This document shows, piece after piece, positions 37,559 to 47,628 of a stretch of DNA of 64,000 nucleotides. Both the position numbers and the translations under genes were made by a program. Each line of letters opens with the position of its first letter. Position 1 is the stretch's first letter. Under the pieces are notes generated by a model. The model did no database searches. It saw only the letters and a list, made by a program, of their open reading frames with translations, and was not told where the DNA came from. The DNA is taken from positions 4,063-68,062 of the forward strand of contig JAJYXB010000022.1 in NCBI GenBank assembly GCA_021791195.1, written 5' to 3'. This DNA is from Actinomycetes bacterium (GTDB taxonomy: Bacteria > Actinomycetota > Thermoleophilia > BMS3ABIN01).

Positions 37559-38623
<1,065 letters not shown>

Positions 38624-38650
38624 TGAAAGCAAACGGCAAGGGATAGGAAG

Positions 38651-39868
38651 ATGTCAACTTTTGTCTACAAGGTCAGAGACATGCATGGGGTCTCCTCCAG
38701 GGGCGAACTGGAGGCGAACTCGCGCGCCGAAGTGGCCAGCAACCTGCGCAACCGGGGGCTGACTGTCGTTGAGGTCAGCGAGAAGAAAGCGGGTATGTCG
38801 CTCAGCCAGATGATGAGCGACATGCAGCGGATCAAGTCGAAGCACATCACCGTATTCTCCCGCCAGTTCGCCACGATGATCAGTTCGGGCCTGGCGCTGC
38901 TCAGGGCTCTCTACGTGCTTGAGAACCAGACCGAGAACCAGAAGCTCAAAACCGTCATCGGCGCCCTGCGCGCGGACGTGGAAGCAGGTCAGGCGCTGTC
39001 TGATTCGATGGAGAAGCACCCGCGGGTGTTCAACCGCCTTTACGTGAGCATGGTCAGAGCTGGAGAGGCTGGTGGTATCCTGGATGAAACCCTAAACCGG
39101 GTGGCTTCGCAGCTGGAATCCGAGGACAGCCTCCGGCGCCAGGTGCGTTCGGCGATGGTCTACCCGCTCCTGATCGCCTCGTTTGCAATTGTCATCATGA
39201 CCGCCATGATCATCTTCATCATCCCTGTTTTCTCCGGCATCTACGCCAGCATGGGCGGCCAGCTGCCGATGCTGACACAGGTGATGGTAGGCATCAGCAA
39301 CACCCTGACCAGTATCTATGGCGTCTTTGTGGTAGCCGCCATCGTCGGCTCGATCTACGGACTGATGAGGCTGAAGCGGACGCCGCAGGGAAGCGCCGCC
39401 TGGGACCGCATCAAGCTGCGGATCCCGATGGGCATCGGTCAGATCATCCGCAAGCTGGCGATGGCCAGGTTCTCCCGTACGCTGTCTACGCTCATCTCCA
39501 GCGGCGTGCCGATCCTGCACGCGATCGAGATCACCGGCGATACCGCCGGCAACGTTGTGGTGGCAGAGGCAATGGCCAGCGTCAGGGCCGGCATCAAGGA
39601 AGGCCGGCCGATGTCGGAACCGCTGTCACATGCCGACATCTTCCCGCCGATGGTGACGCAGATGATCGCCGTGGGTGAGGAAACCGGCGCCGTGGACACG
39701 ATGCTGTCAAAGATCGCCGATTTCTATGAGGACGAGGTCGATGCCGCGATCAAATCGCTGACTTCGATCCTGGAACCGATCATGATGATGGGTGTCGGCG
39801 CCCTGGTCGGTGTCATCGTCATCTCGCTCTATCTGCCGATATTCAACCTGATGAATCAGGTGCATTGA
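38651..39868 (+). CDS. pilC: type IV pilus platform protein PilC (GspF family)
   Basis: Two T2SSF repeats, three TM segments, 405 aa. Confidence 0.92.
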   Translation: MSTFVYKVRDMHGVSSRGELEANSRAEVASNLRNRGLTVVEVSEKKAGMSLSQMMSDMQRIKSKHITVFSRQFATMISSGLALLRALYVLENQTENQKLKTVIGALRADVEAGQALSDSMEKHPRVFNRLYVSMVRAGEAGGILDETLNRVASQLESEDSLRRQVRSAMVYPLLIASFAIVIMTAMIIFIIPVFSGIYASMGGQLPMLTQVMVGISNTLTSIYGVFVVAAIVGSIYGLMRLKRTPQGSAAWDRIKLRIPMGIGQIIRKLAMARFSRTLSTLISSGVPILHAIEITGDTAGNVVVAEAMASVRAGIKEGRPMSEPLSHADIFPPMVTQMIAVGEETGAVDTMLSKIADFYEDEVDAAIKSLTSILEPIMMMGVGALVGVIVISLYLPIFNLMNQVH

Positions 39869-39949
39869 TGCCGGCGGAACCGCGACTGGAGGCTTCATTA
39901 CCCATGGCGCCTGCCGACGTAAATTACGAGGGATTGATTTGAGCCGGCC

Positions 39950-40798
39950 GTGAGTGTGGCTGCAAAGAAAAAAGAATGTGCCGCTGCCGGGGATGAGCAC
40001 GGCGCCGTCCATGGTGGCGCCGAGGTCGTCGAGTTTCCCCGCGCCGGCGGCGTGGAGCGGCGTAACAAGGAAATGGTTGCCGCTTACCAGGAAAGCCGGG
40101 ATCCGGCGCTGCTGAGTGCGATCGTCGAGCGCAACCAGGGCCTGCTGCACGCGGTGCTGAAGCGTTTCACCTACTTCCCTGATCCCTATGAGGATCTTCT
40201 CCAGGTTGCCAACCTGGGATTGATCAAGGCGGTGCAGCGGTTTGACTGCGGCCGCGGCATCGAGTTCTCCAGTTACGCGACGGCGATTGTCGATGGCGAG
40301 GTGCGGCATCACCTGCGCGATAACATGCTGATGCGCCAGCCGCGCTGGCTGAAGAAACTCGAGAAGCTGATCGAGGAAGCTTCCGTGGAGCTCAACAGGA
40401 CTTTGAAGCGGCCGCCCTCGGTGGCTGAGATCGCCGAGAAGACCAACGTCTCCGAGGAAGGCGTCCTCGAAGTGCTGAAAGCCCATTCGGCTGTGAGTCT
40501 GCACCAGGTCGATGATCCTCCCGGCCGGGAGGCGGCCGGGGCGCAGCCCGATTCCAGCCGCATCCGCTCGCTGCATTACGAGTCCTTCTCGCTGCCGGTC
40601 GAAGATCGCATTCTCCTGGAAGAGGCGCTCGACGCGCTCAGCATCTTCCAGCGCAAGATTGTATACCTGCTGTTCTTTCGCGATCTGACCCAGTCGGAAG
40701 TGGCGGATGAGATGGGTCTGTCGCAGCGCAAGGTCTCGCGCGAATCCGCCAAGGCGCTGAGCCGGATGAAGGCGATCCTGAACACGAAGATTTTTTAA
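39950..40798 (+). CDS. RNA polymerase sigma factor, SigB/SigF/SigG-like (group 3)
   Basis: Region 2 DLLQVANLGLIKAVQRFD...FSSYATAIVDGEVRHHLRD, and region 4.2 LTQSEVADEMGLSQRKVSR. The start is either the listed GTG at 39950 or the ATG at 40073. Confidence 0.88.
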   Translation: MSVAAKKKECAAAGDEHGAVHGGAEVVEFPRAGGVERRNKEMVAAYQESRDPALLSAIVERNQGLLHAVLKRFTYFPDPYEDLLQVANLGLIKAVQRFDCGRGIEFSSYATAIVDGEVRHHLRDNMLMRQPRWLKKLEKLIEEASVELNRTLKRPPSVAEIAEKTNVSEEGVLEVLKAHSAVSLHQVDDPPGREAAGAQPDSSRIRSLHYESFSLPVEDRILLEEALDALSIFQRKIVYLLFFRDLTQSEVADEMGLSQRKVSRESAKALSRMKAILNTKIF

Positions 40799-40904
40799 GG
40801 TCAACGCTCAAGTTTACAACTGCTTCTGCCGAAGAATGGCACGGACTGAACCTCATCCTGCAGCAGGTAGTGTCTAAAAAAAAGGCAGTTGGGTAGCATA
40901 GGGA

Positions 40905-41006
40905 TGAAGGTGAAAAGGGCAAACCACTCGCGAGGGTGGGACGCAAAGCCTCAGGACCGGACTGCTTGTATTTGGTAATAATGTCTGGTTGGCTGGGCTG
41001 CCACCA
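40905..41006 (+). promoter_or_regulatory. c-di-GMP-I (GEMM-I) riboswitch aptamer
   Basis: GGGCAAACC (40917-40925), a CCACUC-GCGA-GGGUGG hairpin with a GNRA loop, GACGCAAAGCC (40940-40950), and a second helix GACCGGAC/GUCUGGUU. This is near-identical to the conserved core of the V. cholerae Vc2 aptamer as I remember it. Confidence 0.72.
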
Positions 41007-41023
41007 GAGATTCTGAAGTGACA

Positions 41024-41062
41024 GGGATCTGTGGTTTGCCAAAGACCGCAGGTCCCTTTTTT
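41024..41062 (+). terminator. intrinsic terminator (riboswitch expression platform) in the pilin leader
   Basis: GGGATCTGTGGT-TTGCCAAAG-ACCGCAGGTCCC (12 bp, two G.U pairs) followed by T6. It lies 40 nt upstream of the pilin ATG. Confidence 0.7.
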
Positions 41063-41101
41063 ACTGCGGTAAAAAGTGTAATAGGGGAGGAGGTGACATC
41101 C

Positions 41102-41500
41102 ATGATAAACAGGATCAGAAAAAGGACGCAGGTGGGTGGTGGTGAAGGTGGTTTCACGCTGATTGAACTGTTGGTGGTGATTATCATCATCGGCATCCTG
41201 GCGGCAATCGCGATTCCGATGTATCTCAGTCAGCGTCAGAAGGGCTGGAACGCTGCCTCTCAGAGTGACCTGCGCAACGCAGCCGTGGCCCAGGAGAGCT
41301 ACTATACGTCGGCGGGTTCTTATACGAGCAACGTGGGCGACCTGAAGAGCAACGGTTACAACGAGTCGCCTGCCGTAGTCCTGACGGCGACCGGTGATGC
41401 CAACAGCTACTGCATGTCTGCTCATGATACCAGCGGCGGCGACACGTGGTATCTGACCAATACAAATGGCGGCGGCGCACCGACGACAGCTCCATGCTAG
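41102..41500 (+). CDS. pilA: major type IV pilin (prepilin with class III signal peptide)
   Basis: MINRIRKRTQVGGGEGG|FTLIELLVVIIIIGILAAIAIP, with Glu5 and two C-terminal Cys. The ATG at 41102 follows a GGGGAGGAGG RBS; the listed start at 41018 runs through the terminator. Confidence 0.92.
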   Translation: MINRIRKRTQVGGGEGGFTLIELLVVIIIIGILAAIAIPMYLSQRQKGWNAASQSDLRNAAVAQESYYTSAGSYTSNVGDLKSNGYNESPAVVLTATGDANSYCMSAHDTSGGDTWYLTNTNGGGAPTTAPC

Positions 41501-41523
41501 CACCGACGACAGCTCCATGCTAG
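41478..41523 (+). repeat. perfect 23-bp tandem duplication spanning the pilin stop codon
   Basis: CACCGACGACAGCTCCATGCTAG occurs at 41478-41500 and again at 41501-41523. Confidence 0.95.
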
Positions 41524-41568
41524 TGATCTGAGTTGCGGCTTAAGCCGGGAACGAACCATCGCTATCTT

Positions 41569-41604
41569 AGGAAACGGCGGACCTCAGGTCCGCCGTTTCC
41601 TTTG
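41569..41604 (+). terminator. rho-independent terminator of the pilin gene
   Basis: AGGAAACGGCGGACC-TCA-GGTCCGCCGTTTCCT (15-bp stem) followed by TTG. Confidence 0.8.
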
Positions 41605-41750
41605 CCTCAAACCTTTCAAATACACCAAAAAAACCTAACTTTTTTTGTCGGTTTTTCCGATAAGAAGTTAGTAATTCGAAGCTGCGGGATAGTGGCTGGT
41701 TTTTTGCGGCTGCCGCCGGCAACGCGGCGCCTGCGGCTGCGGAGGTTCGA

Positions 41751-42266
41751 TTGAGGCACGCAATGAAAAATATCCTGCGCCGCCAGGACGAGGGATTCTC
41801 CCTCGTGGAGCTTCTGATCGCGATGACGCTGCTGCTGGTGGCGCTCATTCCCATGGCCGCGCTGCTGATCTCCGGCCTCAGGGCTTCGGCGAATGTCGAC
41901 GTGCGCATGAGCGCACGGCAACTGGCGGCAAGCGAGATCAGCAAAGTCAAGGACATGGATTTCAAATACGTTGGCATGTCCGGGGTTGCGCTGACCTTTA
42001 GCGCCGCTGCCAACGGCAACCAGATCGGGCCGGATGCCGGCAGCGGCCTGCAGGCGACCTCTACCGCAGCCGGACCCCTGAACATCACTTTTACAATCAC
42101 CCGCAACGTGACCAAGCTGGTCAAGTCGCTGCCGGGCAATCCGGCAACCAAACTTGTCACCATTACCGTATCGTGGTCCTCTGCCAATCCCGGCGGCAGC
42201 GGAACGGTTTCAGGCGGATCTGAGCCTGAATCGACCGAGATCGGGCCGAGTGGCATGGCTCCGTAA
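41751..42266 (+). CDS. prepilin-type N-terminal cleavage/methylation domain protein (minor pilin)
   Basis: ...RRQDEG|FSLVELLIAMTLLLVAL. TTG start at 41751 with GGAGG 5 nt upstream; an alternative ATG is at 41763. Confidence 0.85.
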   Translation: MRHAMKNILRRQDEGFSLVELLIAMTLLLVALIPMAALLISGLRASANVDVRMSARQLAASEISKVKDMDFKYVGMSGVALTFSAAANGNQIGPDAGSGLQATSTAAGPLNITFTITRNVTKLVKSLPGNPATKLVTITVSWSSANPGGSGTVSGGSEPESTEIGPSGMAP

Positions 42267-42269
42267 ACC

Positions 42270-42953
42270 ATGCAGGGCAAGAAAATGAACACACGAACTT
42301 TTTCCATGAAAATATTTAGAGACGAATCCGGCATCAGCCTCATCGAGCTGCTGGTTGTGATGTCCCTGCTGGCGATAGTCATGGCGGCGGTCACCGGGAT
42401 GATGGTCTCAGGCATGACCACACAGGCCAAGATTGACGCTCGGCTGCGGGCGCAGCTCGATGCACGGCAAGTGATCTATGACATGGAAAAGACCATGTCC
42501 GAAGCCAATCGCCAGGATGCGAGCGGCAATCGTCCGGTTTTCGGAGATGACATGGTGACTTTTCCGTCGCAGGGCGGAACCAAGTGGTTCACGTACATAT
42601 ACACCACTCCGCCCGGAGCCAATAGCCCGACGATCGTCAGGAAGATCACCACCGGCGAACCGGCGCTGCCGGTTTCTGTGACCTCTTCCGATAAACAGAT
42701 GATCGGTCTTGGCGGCGACGGTCTTACTGCCACGGTTGACCGCGCCAGCGGCGGTCCGATTTTCACGTACTACGGCGCCGACGGCAACCAGATCGCTACC
42801 GATGCGACGACACATGTCATCACCGATATCACCACGGTCAGGTCGATCAAGGTCAGCTTCGAGACCACAGTTTCCGAGGGGCATGCACAGCATCAGCCAG
42901 TGCCGGTATCGACCCAGATAGACCTGCGCAATTTTAACGTCCAGAGTCCGTGA
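42270..42953 (+). CDS. prepilin-type N-terminal domain protein (minor pilin)
   Basis: ...FRDESG|ISLIELLVVMSLLAIVMA, with Glu5 present. Confidence 0.82.
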   Translation: MQGKKMNTRTFSMKIFRDESGISLIELLVVMSLLAIVMAAVTGMMVSGMTTQAKIDARLRAQLDARQVIYDMEKTMSEANRQDASGNRPVFGDDMVTFPSQGGTKWFTYIYTTPPGANSPTIVRKITTGEPALPVSVTSSDKQMIGLGGDGLTATVDRASGGPIFTYYGADGNQIATDATTHVITDITTVRSIKVSFETTVSEGHAQHQPVPVSTQIDLRNFNVQSP

Positions 42954-43043
42954 GGATATCGATGCCCGGCTAAGACCGCAGCGCGGATAATCAGGCTTAT
43001 CAATTTTAACGAAAGCGTTGTCTTACCGAAAGAGGTGCCTGCC

Positions 43044-44591
43044 ATGAAGAAGATAGGTGATTTGTTAAAGAGGGAAGACGGGATCGCGCTGATCCTGGCC
43101 ATCGGGACCATCCTGATAATGATCATCATCGGAACCGTGATCCTGATGAACGTCCGCAATTCCAGCTCGACCGTCTTCCATGACCGGGAGCAGACCCAGG
43201 CGGTCAACGTGGCCGACGCCGGCATCGACAACGCCATCGCCACGATGATTGCCAATTACGGCTATTATTTTCCCGGAGGCGTAGTACCGTCTCCGCCAAC
43301 CAACTCGCCTGACGGCAAACCGGTCTATGACTCCGATCAGCAGATCACCGATCAGAACGGTAACGTGACGGGCACCTATCAGGCCTGGTACAAGCAGGAT
43401 CCGAACATCAACGGGGATCCGAACCTCAACGGCAACGTGCTCATCACTGCTCAGGGGACCGTAAATCTGAACAATAATCAGTTCAAAACGAAAGTGCGCG
43501 TCTCGGTCAAATACACCGCTGGCGCATTCGATTACGCCTTCCTGGCCGGCAGCCAGACGAACAACAATGCGACGACGACGTTCACGGCTACTTCCGGTGG
43601 CGATGATGACAGTTCGGTCGGCGCCAACATGGTGTTCACCGGCAAGTTCAATGTCAACGGAAACCTGATGCTGAGTTCGCCGGCCAATGGGCAAGATGAC
43701 GATGATTCAGCGCCGCGCGGCACCATCGATTTCCAGACTCGCCCCGGATTCACAAACCCGCGGGATCCAGTCACGGTCACTGGCACCTATACTCCGAACA
43801 CGAAGCCGTCGGGGACTCAGCCGGCTCATGCCACTTCGTACGTGCAGTTTCCCGCGGTCGACTTCGCCAAGTTCACCTCGCTTGGCAGCAGCAAAGTCAT
43901 CACCGTGAACCTGGATACGAATACCTGCGGGACCGGCGGCTGGACACGCAACGGCAACACCTTCTCTATCAATGCCGACACCTTTCAGCAGACGTACGGC
44001 AGCTACCAGGTGGTCAGGTTCACGGCGGCGCAAAGCAACACGATAGTGCAGATCGTCGGTGGCTGCGGTTCCTACATCATCACGCCCACCCTGATGATGG
44101 ACGAGGGGACATCCGGCAATGTCAACACCGCGCCCAGCGAGCTGGACATAATCGGACCGGGAATCAGCCTGGAACCGACCAACGGCGTCGCCATCCTGTC
44201 GAATTACGGCGCGGTGAAGCTGGAGGCTGATGTCACCATCGGCAGCAGCACCGCTGGCGCCCTGGTCTATCTCGGCGGCCAGTACGGCGCCAACTCGCTG
44301 ACCGCAACCGGCAACCTCGCCATGTGGGGCTCGCTGGCGGTCAACGGACCGGTTACTTTCACCTCGATTGGCAAGGGCGAGGAAGATGACAGCGACGACA
44401 ACCACGGCGAACATACAAAATACTGCGGCGGCGGCAACGACGATCAGCATGCAGACGCGGGTCACACTACCAACATGGCGGTGACCTATGGCAGTGAATA
44501 CCTGACAAATACCAATCTGCCCGACGGCTGGTGGACGTGGACGGGTGGGAGCGGCATCACGGCGTTGAAATACAACTACCAGCGGGGATAA
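43044..44591 (+). CDS. PilX-N-like pilus-associated protein (large, Asn/Gly/Thr-rich)
   Basis: MKKIGDLLKREDGIALILAIGTILIMIIIG...TQAVNVADAGIDNAIA. It has a hydrophobic N-terminus without Glu5. The ATG at 43044 follows GAAAGAGG; the listed GTG is at 43035. Confidence 0.75.
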   Translation: MKKIGDLLKREDGIALILAIGTILIMIIIGTVILMNVRNSSSTVFHDREQTQAVNVADAGIDNAIATMIANYGYYFPGGVVPSPPTNSPDGKPVYDSDQQITDQNGNVTGTYQAWYKQDPNINGDPNLNGNVLITAQGTVNLNNNQFKTKVRVSVKYTAGAFDYAFLAGSQTNNNATTTFTATSGGDDDSSVGANMVFTGKFNVNGNLMLSSPANGQDDDDSAPRGTIDFQTRPGFTNPRDPVTVTGTYTPNTKPSGTQPAHATSYVQFPAVDFAKFTSLGSSKVITVNLDTNTCGTGGWTRNGNTFSINADTFQQTYGSYQVVRFTAAQSNTIVQIVGGCGSYIITPTLMMDEGTSGNVNTAPSELDIIGPGISLEPTNGVAILSNYGAVKLEADVTIGSSTAGALVYLGGQYGANSLTATGNLAMWGSLAVNGPVTFTSIGKGEEDDSDDNHGEHTKYCGGGNDDQHADAGHTTNMAVTYGSEYLTNTNLPDGWWTWTGGSGITALKYNYQRG

Positions 44592-44625
44592 CGCTGTCAG
44601 CTGTAATCAGCCGGAATCAAAAATG

Positions 44626-44655
44626 AAAAGGGCCCTCCCGCGAGGGCCCTTTTTG
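44626..44655 (+). terminator. rho-independent terminator
   Basis: AAAAGGGCCCTC-CCGC-GAGGGCCCTTTTT. Confidence 0.8.
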
Positions 44656-44721
44656 TCCCCGGGAAATTAACCTCAACCACACGCTGCGTGGGCCGATATC
44701 TATTAAGAGGGGCTGGTAGGC

Positions 44722-45282
44722 GTGTTGCATGCATGTCAATCTTGCGTTCGTGTTTGGCTGGGTAAGATAAAATTCACCGGGTATAATCCGCTCCATCAAG
44801 ATTGCTCCCCAGGCACGAATTGCGCTGCCCGCAACCAGGGTTTCACCGCGATCGAGATCATCATCACGCTGTCGCTTCTCGGCGTCCTGATGGCGATGTC
44901 GGTGAGCGGACTATCCTACTACCAGGCGGGCCGCTCGATGGACGTAGCCCAGCGGGACCTGATCACCCAGATCAGGGAAGCCCAGTCCATGGCGGTGGCT
45001 ACAGGCAACACGTACCGGATCGACTTCAGTGACCCCTCCAGGCAGACCTATCAGCTGCAATACCGCTCCGGCTCCGGCTGGGTGAACGTGCGTGCACCGG
45101 AAAGCCTGCCTGCCGGAGTTCAGTTCAGCTCTGCATCAACCCCCTCCTTTGGCGGCGACGCCTATCTCGAATTTTATGCGCGGGGGACTTGTGAGAGCGG
45201 GCAACTGAGCCTGACGGGCAAGTATGACATGAGCAATTCCATCCAGGTGGATGGCGAGACGGCAAACATACGGACTTTTTAA
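44722..45282 (+). CDS. prepilin-type protein (GspH/FimT-like minor pilin)
   Basis: ...ARNQG|FTAIEIIITLSLLGVLMAM. The only in-frame start is the GTG at 44722, which gives an unusually long ~42-aa leader, so the start is uncertain. Confidence 0.7.
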   Translation: MLHACQSCVRVWLGKIKFTGYNPLHQDCSPGTNCAARNQGFTAIEIIITLSLLGVLMAMSVSGLSYYQAGRSMDVAQRDLITQIREAQSMAVATGNTYRIDFSDPSRQTYQLQYRSGSGWVNVRAPESLPAGVQFSSASTPSFGGDAYLEFYARGTCESGQLSLTGKYDMSNSIQVDGETANIRTF

Positions 45283-45295
45283 GATTGGGGATCAA

Positions 45296-46984
45296 GTGAC
45301 ATTATCGGCATCTGCTGGCAGGACCGGACTTCACCAGCGGGTCAACGAGGCTGGCATGACGCTGATCGAGGTCCTCGTGGCGATGTCCATCTTTCTGATC
45401 GTGGCTGCCGGAGTGGCCGGCTCCATGATCGTTGGCCTGCGGGCGACCGCGCATTCACGGCAGGCGACGCAGGGCGAAGCCGTGGCGCAGGCGCAGTTCG
45501 AGGAGATGAAGGCACGGCCCTATTACGTGCCTTACAGCAGCAACCCGGCCGTGGGCACCACCGCCGCCGTGGATCTGCTGGCGCGCTATTATCCGGGACT
45601 AAATACCAGCAGGACCACGGACTCCCAGGGATGGACCGGCTGGTATACCGGCGCGAACGGCGACGCTTATTACACCATTGCGTCGCCGGTCAACAGCCAG
45701 GGGATTGCGCTTACGGTAGTAACACGATTTGTCGACAACACCGGCAGCATCGTCACGCCGCCCGCATCGTACAACTCCACCGTGGCCGGGGCGGACGTGC
45801 CGCCGAGCAACCTGGTGAAGGTGACCATCACCGCCACCTCCGCCCAGAACCCGTCAAACAATTATGTTTTCGATTCGATGATCTCGGCCACCACCAGCGA
45901 GAGCTGCGCCCATTCGTCCAACAGTCACGTGGACATCTTCGGCGCCGTCCTCAAAGTTTCCACCGGCGCTTCCGAACCATACATGGACTACCTCGACGCC
46001 TCTCTCGGGGAGGCTCACGCCACCACCGGTTTCGGCTGCACGCCGAGTCCGCAGGCCAGCGCTATCGGCGGCAAACTTTCCCTCTTCGCCGGTCCTACCG
46101 CCTCGGGCGCCTCGGTTGCGATCAGCGGTCCGCCGGACGCGCAGCAGCTTGCCGGCCCGCTTGACGTCACCACCAGCAGCTGGCCGATCCCGTCTTTCCT
46201 GGCAAGCCAGGCGCAGGCCCATGTCGAAAGTGATGGCTCCCATGAGGTGGAGGCTGACGGGCAGACGACGGTCGGCACCCAGTCGCTGCGACTGCAGCAG
46301 GTCGACGGCAGCTACGACGATGGCGGCGATGGCATGCGCTGGGACTTTGTCAACCCGACAGTGACAGCTACCAGCGGCACCGTCTCCAATAATGACCAGA
46401 TCAAGGCTGAGCTTGAGCAGGACGACGGCCGCACCAGCGGGCAGGGGCAGGTCTCATACCAGCAGGTCAATATCCTGCCGCTGCAAGCAGTCTCGGCCAA
46501 CACGCCTTCGGCGCGGCAGGGGCTGGTCTTTGTCCGCACTTTCAGTGCCAGCGCCAGCAGCGATGCCGATGGCAAGCCGGGAGACATCAACAACAGCGTG
46601 ACCTACTCGGCCACGGTGGGCGTGTTCAACCCCGACAAACCGGCAGACTGCACGGGGGATGACTGTTACGACATCTACACCAGCGTCGGACCGCAGAACC
46701 CGCTGCAGACGGCGGTCGATCTGAGCCAGGCGAAGTACGGCCTGCAGAGCACGCTGCTGAGCGAGTGGTACAGCTCCTCGGCTTCTGATCTTGCCAGCGC
46801 CATGGCGGCCTCCTCCGACGGCACGACATCGTCGATCAACGTCGACGCCCTGATGAAACTCTCCGGCGCCTTCGGCAGCGAGGTCCGGTTGGGCAGCGAC
46901 GGCGCGGTCACGCTGGTGAATCCTCAGGGGTACCAGCAGGTCTGGTTGGGTTCCGTTGATATCTCCATCCTCCAAAATAAATAA
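45296..46984 (+). CDS. large prepilin-type protein (pilin N-terminus plus ~520-aa Ser/Thr/Ala-rich domain)
   Basis: ...RVNEAG|MTLIEVLVAMSIFLIVAAG. The GTG at 45296 follows GGGGA; the listed start at 45251 overlaps the previous gene. Confidence 0.78.
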   Translation: MTLSASAGRTGLHQRVNEAGMTLIEVLVAMSIFLIVAAGVAGSMIVGLRATAHSRQATQGEAVAQAQFEEMKARPYYVPYSSNPAVGTTAAVDLLARYYPGLNTSRTTDSQGWTGWYTGANGDAYYTIASPVNSQGIALTVVTRFVDNTGSIVTPPASYNSTVAGADVPPSNLVKVTITATSAQNPSNNYVFDSMISATTSESCAHSSNSHVDIFGAVLKVSTGASEPYMDYLDASLGEAHATTGFGCTPSPQASAIGGKLSLFAGPTASGASVAISGPPDAQQLAGPLDVTTSSWPIPSFLASQAQAHVESDGSHEVEADGQTTVGTQSLRLQQVDGSYDDGGDGMRWDFVNPTVTATSGTVSNNDQIKAELEQDDGRTSGQGQVSYQQVNILPLQAVSANTPSARQGLVFVRTFSASASSDADGKPGDINNSVTYSATVGVFNPDKPADCTGDDCYDIYTSVGPQNPLQTAVDLSQAKYGLQSTLLSEWYSSSASDLASAMAASSDGTTSSINVDALMKLSGAFGSEVRLGSDGAVTLVNPQGYQQVWLGSVDISILQNK

Positions 46985-46988
46985 GTTG

Positions 46989-47615
46989 ATGCTACGTATC
47001 AAGGAAGATATCAACGCCAGCGACGTGCCCGGCAGCGGTTGCGGGAGCCGGTGTCAGGAAAGTGGCTTTACCCTGATCGAGATCCTGGTGACGCTGATGG
47101 TGTTCACCGTCGTGATGACCGGGATGTTCGGATTTCTCTGGGGCGTCACCCATAACTGGCGCACAGGCAAGGACTCGGCCGATGTCACGGAAAACGCCCG
47201 GCAGGGGCTTAACCGGATGACACGGGAGCTGATGCAGGCGTCGCAGGTCACCGAGGCGGACCCGACCAGGGTGAGCTTCGCTGTCAATTTCGGCGATGGC
47301 TGGCAGACGATCACCTACGCGTTTCAGCCCTCCGCGGACGGCAGCCCTGGCACCATCTGGCGCAGCTCCTCGACCGCGCCCGGGCAGTCGACGCTGATCA
47401 ATGGCGTCGATCACGTGCAGTTTGCTTACTACGGCAACGATTTCCGTTGCGACGCGAACGGAGACGGCGTCATCGACTATTCGGAGATCCTTGGCTGCGG
47501 TGGCAGCGTGGCGATGATCGCCCGGGTGGACATCCAGCTGACGCTGAGCGCGGGCAACAGCGCGCCGCAGTCATTCGTCCAGCAATCATGGTTGAGAAAT
47601 CGTCCTAACTCCTAA
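46989..47615 (+). CDS. prepilin-type N-terminal domain protein (minor pilin)
   Basis: MLRIKEDIN...CQESG|FTLIEILVTLMVFTVVM. The ATG at 46989 is 5 nt after the previous stop. Confidence 0.82.
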   Translation: MLRIKEDINASDVPGSGCGSRCQESGFTLIEILVTLMVFTVVMTGMFGFLWGVTHNWRTGKDSADVTENARQGLNRMTRELMQASQVTEADPTRVSFAVNFGDGWQTITYAFQPSADGSPGTIWRSSSTAPGQSTLINGVDHVQFAYYGNDFRCDANGDGVIDYSEILGCGGSVAMIARVDIQLTLSAGNSAPQSFVQQSWLRNRPNS

Positions 47616-47628
47616 CTAAGGCTTCGAG

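Noticed and set aside
40837-40852. Sigma-54 promoter (TGGCAC) upstream of the pilin gene.
   Set aside because: The -24 element TGGCAC is present, but the -12 position reads GAAC instead of TTGC/TGCA. No enhancer-binding protein gene is nearby.
41736-41760. tRNA-like T-loop GGTTCGATT.
   Set aside because: No acceptor stem, D-arm or anticodon arm can be drawn around it. It is the RBS/start region of the minor pilin gene.
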